DNA of 32,000 nucleotides from Archaeoglobus fulgidus DSM 4304 (GTDB lineage Archaea; Halobacteriota; Archaeoglobi; Archaeoglobales; Archaeoglobaceae): NCBI RefSeq assembly GCF_000008665.1, contig NC_000917.1, positions 1,410,001 to 1,442,000 of the forward strand, read 5' to 3'. Shown piece by piece: positions 1 to 5,988 of this stretch (position 1 is its first letter; each line of letters starts with the position of its first letter). The notes under the pieces were generated by a model. It saw only the letters and a program-made list of their open reading frames with translations, ran no database searches and was not told where the DNA came from. The position numbers and the translations under genes were made by a program.

Positions 1-506
1 ATTACACAGAACTATCCTTAGTTTTAGGGCATGGAGTTGTTGTGGTCTATCCTGATGGAACAAAAAAGAGTGCAATAGGCTTTGCAGACCGAGGATATGC
101 ACTCCCAGATGATATTAGACTTGGGTATGCCAGCCCAGATGGATTTGGATACAGCGTGTGGACTTTCATAATCCAATGCAGTGTTCTGGGAGACGAATAT
201 GTAGACGACTGGCTTCAAACTTTGCAAGGTGTTCATATGGTTTTAGGCTTTGCAAGCACTGCTACCATCAGTAATGCCGACTTTCCAGAATTAGCATATC
301 GACTAACAGGCACAGGTGGTTATACCAGAGAAAAGGTCGAAAGTGCCTTTTTTAGTACGTTTCTTAAATCGGATGGCGTGCATGATGATAACAGGGCCAG
401 AATTATAGCCGAAAACTCTGAAGTACTTGATAACGACTACTTAAACAGCTTTGAACGTGTGCCGGTTGATGGAAGCAAGATAATCGTTACTGGGTGGGTG
501 GGGTGA
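1..506 (+). CDS. 3' portion of a gene that starts upstream of the window; hypothetical protein, possibly a clan-CD-like (caspase/gingipain-type) cysteine peptidase
   Basis: Frame 3 is open from base 3 (YTELSLVLGHGVVVVYPDG...), so track ORF 42..506 is only an internal Met. Stop TGA is at 504-506, 4 nt before the next start. 'LGHG' is followed 49 residues later by 'FIIQCSVLG', which resembles a His-Gly / Gln-Cys catalytic dyad layout. This is motif-level evidence only. Confidence 0.6.
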   Translation, partial: YTELSLVLGHGVVVVYPDGTKKSAIGFADRGYALPDDIRLGYASPDGFGYSVWTFIIQCSVLGDEYVDDWLQTLQGVHMVLGFASTATISNADFPELAYRLTGTGGYTREKVESAFFSTFLKSDGVHDDNRARIIAENSEVLDNDYLNSFERVPVDGSKIIVTGWVG

Positions 507-510
507 AAAA

Positions 511-1398
511 ATGAAAAAATACCTTGCGCTCGCTGCAATTGTGGCTATTTGCGCTCTGTGGCTCACCCAGAACAGCAACTTCGAAGCGGGGAAAACTTTC
601 AAATTGTTCGATTCAGGAAAAACTGCGATACTCCGGCCAGTAATCTACTACAACCTGCCTAACGGAAGTGTAATCGAGGTCAGAGATAGTAATCCCTTTC
701 CGTTTACCATCGAACTGGCGAGTGGTGGTTTAGGGATAAATGCACCTTCAAAATCATTGGAAGTTTACACCTACGAGACTTATAAAAAGCCGGAGGAGAT
801 AAAGGTTATCGCAAAATCTTTTGGAGCATCTTTGGATAAGCTCTACTACAACGAAATTACGCATGCGTACCTCTACAACGATGAAAAGCTTAGCTTTGAA
901 TACTACCCTAATACTGGGTATCTCAGAATTCTCTTCAAGAATTCAAGTCTGGAAAAGGCTTCAATTTTAAATGGGCTTCTAAACTACAGCTATCAGAAAA
1001 TCGAAAAGAACGGAGGAGTATTTTACGCAAGAAACTTTGACGGTTTATCATCTAACGTCGGTTTGCTTGTTAAATCCGATGAAAAGGGGATAAGAAGCAT
1101 TGAAGGAATACTGCTAAAAAGTGTAAAGCTTAAAGGAAAATACGAACTCATTCCAATTGACAGGATTCCAGAAATGCTCGAAAAAAGGGTTAAAGGTGAC
1201 CTTAAAGCGGACGACTGGTATTTAAGCAACATCGCCTTTACCAAACTAACACTAACGAATGTTTCTCTGATGTACACAATCACTCCTGACGGTATTCTTC
1301 CAGTCTACTGGTTTGAAGGAAAGTATGAGCTTGATTTTGAAGGAATAAAAGACTCAGGAACTGTGGAGGGGAGAATAGTGGCTGTTAGTGCTAATTAA
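511..1398 (+). CDS. hypothetical secreted or N-terminally anchored protein
   Basis: 295-aa ORF with ATG 4 nt after the preceding stop. N-terminal hydrophobic signal/anchor MKKYLALAAIVAICALWL. Several N-x-S/T sequons. No recognisable catalytic motif. Confidence 0.75.
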   Translation: MKKYLALAAIVAICALWLTQNSNFEAGKTFKLFDSGKTAILRPVIYYNLPNGSVIEVRDSNPFPFTIELASGGLGINAPSKSLEVYTYETYKKPEEIKVIAKSFGASLDKLYYNEITHAYLYNDEKLSFEYYPNTGYLRILFKNSSLEKASILNGLLNYSYQKIEKNGGVFYARNFDGLSSNVGLLVKSDEKGIRSIEGILLKSVKLKGKYELIPIDRIPEMLEKRVKGDLKADDWYLSNIAFTKLTLTNVSLMYTITPDGILPVYWFEGKYELDFEGIKDSGTVEGRIVAVSAN

Positions 1399-1408
1399 GT
1401 TATAATTT

Positions 1409-1479
1409 TTATATTCTCAAACTATGGTCAGAAACTACATATAGCAATTGATGTATTGTTTTAATGGTGGATAGCATGC
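1409..1479 (+). promoter_or_regulatory. Copy A of a duplicated ~70-nt promoter/5'UTR module (A/T-rich TATA-like box, conserved leader, GGTGGA Shine-Dalgarno, ATG)
   Basis: ttatattctcaaactatggtcagaaactacatatagcaattgatgtattgttttaatggtggatagcatgc recurs at 5879..5948 with 4 mismatches and 1 indel by my hand alignment. It is preceded by aatttttata (TATA-like) and ends on the precursor start codon at 1476. Confidence 0.6.
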
Positions 1480-2516
1480 TGAAAAAGGTGTTGAGTCTGG
1501 TTTTGGTGTTGGTGATGCTGAGCAGCAGCGTTGTGCCAGTGATGGCGGCGAGCGATGCAGAAAAGTGCAGCTGCGGAGCATGCGAAATAACCTTGAAGAG
1601 AGTTGTCGAAGTGGAACTGGCTAAAAACGGAAAAACGATTCTAAACGTCACTGAAATCAATCAAAGCCTTAGCGAGTGGTTTGCTGAGAACTTCGAAGGA
1701 AGCTTCAGTTGCGCAGACGGAAGCTGTCTTGCTTTCGATTACCAGCTGGAAATTAAGGAGCTACTGAACTTGTCGAAAAACAACAAGGAGCTGAAGTTGC
1801 TTGAGATTAAAGTTTACAACGAAACCACCAGCCACGAATTCAAGCTCCTCAGCTACTTTGCACAAACCGCAACTTACAACCTCAGCCTGATTACGAGAAT
1901 AATGGAAATCGACGGTGAGAACTACTTCGTCACAACCATTAACGTTGCTCCCAAGGACGATAAGAAGTTTGCTCCCTTTGCCGACATCGTGGAGATCAAG
2001 TCCAAAACTACTCTGGCAGAGCACTACAGAATCCTCGCCAAAGTGCTTAACGAGATAAGGAAAGGAGACGATACAAGCTGGGTTTGGAACAAAGCCAAGA
2101 ACGAGCTTAACTACCTGAGCAGGGTTGTTGAGATGGAGCTGGAGGAGTATAATGTCGAAGGATATGGATGGACACTGATAATCGATGATGAGTGTACATC
2201 GGCATGTAGCCTAATTTTAGGTATGGCAGGGGCTACAGTTTGTCTAATCATTTGTTCCGTCACAAATGTTGGTGCTTTAGCTTGTGGTGTTATTTGCTCA
2301 GTTGCTTGGGGAGCAGCATCTGGGACTGCATGTAGTTACTGGTGCACTGGAAACCTTGATCCATGTTCTGCAGGATGTGGCGGATTTTGCTCTGGAGTGT
2401 GCTCAGGTGCCTGTAGCGCACTTCTTTCTAGACTTGGACTAACCTCACTGACATACTTCTGTGAAAAGTATGCATGTGCTCCAGCATGCACAGGAGCGTG
2501 TGAGTCGGTATGCTGA
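1476..2516 (+). CDS. Secreted precursor: Sec-type signal peptide, pro-region, and a 116-aa Gly/Ala/Ser/Cys-rich hydrophobic C-terminus (18 Cys, CxxxC ladder); distant halocin-C8-like bacteriocin precursor candidate
   Basis: The track ORF starts at 1464, but ATG 1476 sits 4 nt after GGTGGA and gives MLKKVLSLVLVLVMLSSSVVPVMA|AS. This parallels MQKKVLSLVLVLAVLESIVPVSA of the 4105 gene. The pro-region (nt 1809..2165) is homologous to ORF 3286..3909. The C-terminus reads ...DDECTSACSLILGMAGATVCLIICSV...CSGVCSGACS...CAPACTGACESVC. Confidence 0.8.
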   Translation: MLKKVLSLVLVLVMLSSSVVPVMAASDAEKCSCGACEITLKRVVEVELAKNGKTILNVTEINQSLSEWFAENFEGSFSCADGSCLAFDYQLEIKELLNLSKNNKELKLLEIKVYNETTSHEFKLLSYFAQTATYNLSLITRIMEIDGENYFVTTINVAPKDDKKFAPFADIVEIKSKTTLAEHYRILAKVLNEIRKGDDTSWVWNKAKNELNYLSRVVEMELEEYNVEGYGWTLIIDDECTSACSLILGMAGATVCLIICSVTNVGALACGVICSVAWGAASGTACSYWCTGNLDPCSAGCGGFCSGVCSGACSALLSRLGLTSLTYFCEKYACAPACTGACESVC

Positions 2517-3289
2517 GGAAAAAACTGCTGAAAATTCTGAGTGTGTTAACTCTCTTTATTTTTTTCCAGTATGTAGCAAAATTTGGGATCTTGGAGAGTT
2601 TAGCTCTCTCGATCGTTTACGTTCTGTTGATGGAAATTCTGAGGGACCTCGAAATACTTGCGGAAAAAAGGGTAACATACAAACTGAGTTCTACTGAGGT
2701 GACAAAATACGTTGTTTCAGAAGCCAGTATTTTCGTAACCTCTTTAGCGATTACTTTTTTATTGGGGGGAGAGATTCTGGATGGTCTTGCGTTTGGTTTC
2801 TTTTTCTTGGTGTATCTCCAGTGGTTCTACAACGAAGCCGAAATGGAAAGAGTTTTCAACGATTTCCCAACTTTTCCAAAAATTTTCTTGATATATAGGT
2901 TTGCTATAACGTTATTTGGTTCAACCATTTGCTTTTATCGCTTCGTTTTCGGTGACGTGCTAAAAAGTATAGTAGCAGGCATTCTGACGTTTGCGCTGTT
3001 TTTGTCACAAAGAGCTCTCAATCTGGAATACGTTACAAGCGGAAAGTTTGTTAGGTCAGTTTCAAATCCCCAGTGGTACTTTCGACGAGTCAAGCATTTT
3101 ATCCTCTCCGCTCCCGCCATGGGTGTTGGGGCTACTGCTGGCTACATCGCGGCAAGGTCTGCTGAAATAGAGTCGATAATTGAAACAGTCTGCTGGACTT
3201 TCAGAGCTTTCCTTCTGCTGACCATCGTTGTTGTTTGTATTTTAACGCTGGGTAGCTGGTTGGGACTGAAAGTTCATAAAAAAGCATGA
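2510..3289 (+). CDS. Polytopic membrane protein (multiple hydrophobic segments), translationally coupled to the precursor; immunity/export candidate
   Basis: 259-aa ORF whose ATG 2510 overlaps the precursor stop (ATGCTGA). Its own stop overlaps the next start (ATGA at 3286). Hydrophobic helices run throughout (e.g. ILSVLTLFIFFQYV, FVTSLAITFLLGG, AFLLLTIVVVCILTLGSWLGL). Confidence 0.75.
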   Translation: MLRKKLLKILSVLTLFIFFQYVAKFGILESLALSIVYVLLMEILRDLEILAEKRVTYKLSSTEVTKYVVSEASIFVTSLAITFLLGGEILDGLAFGFFFLVYLQWFYNEAEMERVFNDFPTFPKIFLIYRFAITLFGSTICFYRFVFGDVLKSIVAGILTFALFLSQRALNLEYVTSGKFVRSVSNPQWYFRRVKHFILSAPAMGVGATAGYIAARSAEIESIIETVCWTFRAFLLLTIVVVCILTLGSWLGLKVHKKA

Positions 3290-3909
3290 TGGGTGGAATT
3301 TTGCTGTTGTGGGGTTTGAAGATGTTTAACAGAACACTCAGCTACAGCTCTTACGTGCTGAGCTACCAAGTTGAGAAGCAGCAGTACAACGTGAGTGTGC
3401 TGACGAGGATTATCTCCGTAAACGGCACCGACCTTTTCATGACAATGGTGAATATAGGTCCAAGGGACAGCAAGGCTCAGCCCGTCGCCGATATAGTGTT
3501 CTTCACTAACAAAACGAATCTGGCGGAGCACTACAGGTTGCTCGGCAAGGTTCTGAACGAGGTAAGGAAGGGTGACGAGACGAGCTGGGTTTGGAACAAG
3601 GCGAAGAACGAGCTTAGCTATTTGAGCAGGGTTGTTGAGAGGGAGATGGGGGAGTATAATGTTGAGGGTTATGCCGCAGCTACAACCATGGATATTGATG
3701 CTTGCGGAGCTTGCAAAGTTCTATTTGAAGTTGCGTGTGCAGTGGGTTGTGGTGTAGGAATGGCTACACTTTGTATACTTGCGGGATTGACAACGGGTGT
3801 GGGTGGGATTGCCTGTGCTGCGATTGCGGCTGCAGTCTGTTGGGCAATTGGAGAATACGGGTGCGATTCCGGTGCAGGATATGTATGCACTCAAATAGGT
3901 TACTGCTAA
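3286..3909 (+). CDS. 5'-truncated paralogue of the 1476..2516 precursor, carrying a 10-cysteine halocin-C8-like C-terminal peptide; no signal peptide ('orphan' cassette)
   Basis: aa 12-129 align with aa ~116-234 of the 350-aa track ORF (LAEHYRLLGKVLNEVRKGDETSWVWNKAKNELSYLSRVVE... vs LAEHYRILAKVLNEIRKGDDTSWVWNKAKNELNYLSRVVE...). Similarity ends after YNVEGY. The C-terminal 72 aa are DIDACGACKVLFEVACAVGCGVGMATLCILAGLTTGVGGIACAAIAAAVCWAIGEYGCDSGAGYVCTQIGYC. Confidence 0.75.
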   Translation: MMGGILLLWGLKMFNRTLSYSSYVLSYQVEKQQYNVSVLTRIISVNGTDLFMTMVNIGPRDSKAQPVADIVFFTNKTNLAEHYRLLGKVLNEVRKGDETSWVWNKAKNELSYLSRVVEREMGEYNVEGYAAATTMDIDACGACKVLFEVACAVGCGVGMATLCILAGLTTGVGGIACAAIAAAVCWAIGEYGCDSGAGYVCTQIGYC

Positions 3910-3923
3910 GGAGGTGTTGAAAA

Positions 3924-4103
3924 GTGATTAAAAAATCTAATTTGTTTTGTTTTATTTATACACTGATTTCTTTTATTGTAGTGGCAATTTTAAGTTACGT
4001 AGTAGAAAGGGAAGTCAATTGGATTCTGGCTGTTAGCGTCTCTGCTGGTGTGTGTATTGGCTATACGTTATTTTATAGAAAAGTTAGAAAACCTTGGGGA
4101 TAG
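3924..4103 (+). CDS. Small two-helix membrane protein (59 aa), absent from the ORF track; immunity-protein candidate
   Basis: GTG 3924 lies 7 nt after a strong SD, GGAGGTG (3910-3916), directly after the precursor stop. Translation: (M)IKKSNLFCFIYTLISFIVVAILSYVVEREVNWILAVSVSAGVCIGYTLFYRKVRKPWG, stop TAG 4101-4103, 1 nt before the ATG at 4105. It has two hydrophobic helices and a basic tail. Confidence 0.55.
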   Translation: MIKKSNLFCFIYTLISFIVVAILSYVVEREVNWILAVSVSAGVCIGYTLFYRKVRKPWG

Positions 4104-4104
4104 C

Positions 4105-5127
4105 ATGCAGAAAAAAGTGTTAAGTCTGGTTTTGGTGCTGGCGGTGTTGGAGAGTATAGTACCAGTATCTGCTTGGGGGACAATAACACATGTTAGAATG
4201 TCTTCAGAGGCAGGGAACCCTTACACAGGATTTAAAATGGAATACTTGTCTGGTTCCATTGCTCCGGATGCTGGATACATCATCTCGACAGAGTGGGGTA
4301 CAAAGTTTCATGGATATTATGTAAATGATGCTCTGAACATAGCAAATAAAATGTTGAGCTTGGCGGAAGGAACTGATGAGAAAGCATTTGCCAAAGGGTG
4401 GCTTGCACATTTAATGCAGGACAGAGTGGCTCACGGAAATGGAGACGGGTTACCGAAAGACCAAGCTTACGGTGAAGGCTACTCGAACTACGCTGCTAAA
4501 AAATACGGCTTAACCCACATAGAGGCGGAATTTTTTGTTAATGGTAGAGTTATTCACGAAAAGGGCTGGGATTGGGACTTCGTGAGGTTTGCAGTTCCAA
4601 CGGAGCTCATTGTCAAGACAATGAGAAGTCTTTACGGTTCGGCTCCCAATGAGAATGACCTTAACAATGCCTACAACACCTTTGCAATGGAATACTATGG
4701 TGAGCTGGCATTTTGGAACTCGCCATCAGGAAATACAGCCTATTTAACGCTTCTTCTTTTTGGGACGGTTTCCGACTATGACGATTATGTTTCAGACGTT
4801 CACTGCAATCCTTATGAGGAATCGATTTATTTGACCAATCACCCAAACGCAAGGTCAACGTATGCTGCGGGAACGTATATAATGGGAGTTAAAAAGGTTA
4901 AAAGCAGTGACGGGCAAATTAAAAAATGGATGAAGGAATACGCTGAGAGATTAGAGAAAGCGGGAGCGATAAAGGTAAACAGAAAATTCGAAGATGGATG
5001 GCTGGTAATCGAGTTCAGGATGGTTGACAAATATAAGGCTGACAGGATTGCCAAAGAAGTTCTTCAGGACATGGCGAGATCTGAAGAAATTTTCCAATTC
5101 ATTAATTTAAAGGGTGACGAGAAATGA
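4105..5127 (+). CDS. Secreted Zn-dependent phospholipase C / P1-nuclease-superfamily-like protein
   Basis: The track ORF starts at 4048 (GTG), but ATG 4105 follows GGGGATAGC and gives signal peptide MQKKVLSLVLVLAVLESIVPVSA|WGTITH. The mature N-terminal Trp, plus H (WGTITH), D (APDAGY), H (KFHGYY), H-x3-D-x3-H (AHLMQDRVAH) and H-x3-E (THIEAEF), mirror the zinc ligands of Bacillus/Clostridium PLC (W1, H14, D55, H69, H118, D122, H128, H142, E146). Confidence 0.65.
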   Translation: MQKKVLSLVLVLAVLESIVPVSAWGTITHVRMSSEAGNPYTGFKMEYLSGSIAPDAGYIISTEWGTKFHGYYVNDALNIANKMLSLAEGTDEKAFAKGWLAHLMQDRVAHGNGDGLPKDQAYGEGYSNYAAKKYGLTHIEAEFFVNGRVIHEKGWDWDFVRFAVPTELIVKTMRSLYGSAPNENDLNNAYNTFAMEYYGELAFWNSPSGNTAYLTLLLFGTVSDYDDYVSDVHCNPYEESIYLTNHPNARSTYAAGTYIMGVKKVKSSDGQIKKWMKEYAERLEKAGAIKVNRKFEDGWLVIEFRMVDKYKADRIAKEVLQDMARSEEIFQFINLKGDEK

Positions 5128-5315
5128 AAAAAGGCGACTTGGCGCTGTATATATCATTAGCAGTTATTATTTTTATATTTTTTGGAATTTTTTTCTTACC
5201 AATGTTTATAGTATACGGTGGTTTTGGACTTCTTGACCCTTTTGCTGTTAAAGAAAGATACACCTCAGGACTGTTACATATTCCTCCTAAGGCGAAGAAC
5301 CGTTCGAAAACGTAA
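5124..5315 (+). CDS. Small membrane-anchor ORF coupled to the PLC-like gene; may be the 5' part of a frameshifted gene continuing in 5348..5755
   Basis: ATGA overlap with the preceding stop. Sequence starts MKKGDLALYISLAVIIFIFFGIFFLPMFIVYGGFG. The frame of the next ORF is already open and protein-like from 5291 (GEEPFENVTVIIPTAKLGS...). Confidence 0.5.
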   Translation: MKKGDLALYISLAVIIFIFFGIFFLPMFIVYGGFGLLDPFAVKERYTSGLLHIPPKAKNRSKT

Positions 5316-5347
5316 CAGTAATCATCCCAACAGCAAAGCTGGGCTCT

Positions 5348-5755
5348 GTGGAGCTCCCACCAAAGAATTTCGAGACTATAAAGATTAACAACCGAACATA
5401 CATAAAGTTAACCGGGGACAAGCCACTATCCGAAAAACTTTGGCCTGAAAGAAAGAACGAAACCCTGTACAGGATGGAGTTCAGGGTCGAGTTCCCCAAG
5501 ATGAGCATAGAAAATCTCAGCGAATACAAAATAGATGATGAATCAGTTAGAGTCCTCCTAAACTACACCAATGCCAGCTACGTCAGGTTGTATATCAGCC
5601 TGTATTACCTTGAATTCGATTACGTGGACATCCTCGGGAAAAGATTTTACACGAATTTCGGCCATTACGACTCTCTAAGGTGTTGGAGTGTGGTGAATGT
5701 TACTGAGGTGGAAAGGAACAAGTGGATATCGGCTCCTGTATCGTGTGAGAGTTAG
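5348..5755 (+). CDS. hypothetical sequon-rich (probably extracytoplasmic) domain protein; possibly the 3' part of a split gene
   Basis: 135-aa ORF with a GTG start, no SD and no signal peptide. It carries six N-x-S/T sequons. Its frame is open upstream to 5291 with no start codon. Confidence 0.5.
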   Translation: MELPPKNFETIKINNRTYIKLTGDKPLSEKLWPERKNETLYRMEFRVEFPKMSIENLSEYKIDDESVRVLLNYTNASYVRLYISLYYLEFDYVDILGKRFYTNFGHYDSLRCWSVVNVTEVERNKWISAPVSCES

Positions 5756-5878
5756 ACTTTTGTCAGTGTTAAATCTTGTTTGGTGCTGGTAGTGTTGGGA
5801 TGTTGCTCTAATCCCTCCAGCAACTTTCATTCTTGTTTACGTCTGGGTCACTCTGCTTAATTTTTATTTTTAAGGCTA

Positions 5879-5948
5879 TTATATTCTCAAACTATGGTCA
5901 GAAATTACATATAGCAGTTGATGTATTGTTTTTTTGGTGGTAGCATGC
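5879..5948 (+). promoter_or_regulatory. Copy B of the duplicated promoter/5'UTR module
   Basis: ttatattctcaaactatggtcagaaattacatatagcagttgatgtattgtttttttggtggtagcatgc is near-identical to 1409..1479. It follows an oligo-T/A tract (cttaatttttatttttaagg) in a 230-nt intergenic gap. Confidence 0.6.
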
Positions 5949-5988
5949 CATATGTGTGCGGCCACAGCAATATGGCGGTGAGTGTGGT

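Noticed and set aside
3735-3920. 61-aa alternative-frame ORF that is itself very Cys-rich (…CGWDCLCCDCGCS…)
   Set aside because: It overlaps the halocin-like tail in another frame. The Cys richness is a by-product of the TGY/GGY/GCN-rich nucleotide composition. It has no SD, and the main frame has paralogue support.
4048-4104. GTG start at 4048 for the PLC-like gene (track ORF 4048..5127)
   Set aside because: The 19 extra codons overlap the 59-aa ORF and precede the conserved GGATAGC-ATG module. ATG 4105 gives a canonical signal peptide matching the paralogous leader at 1476.
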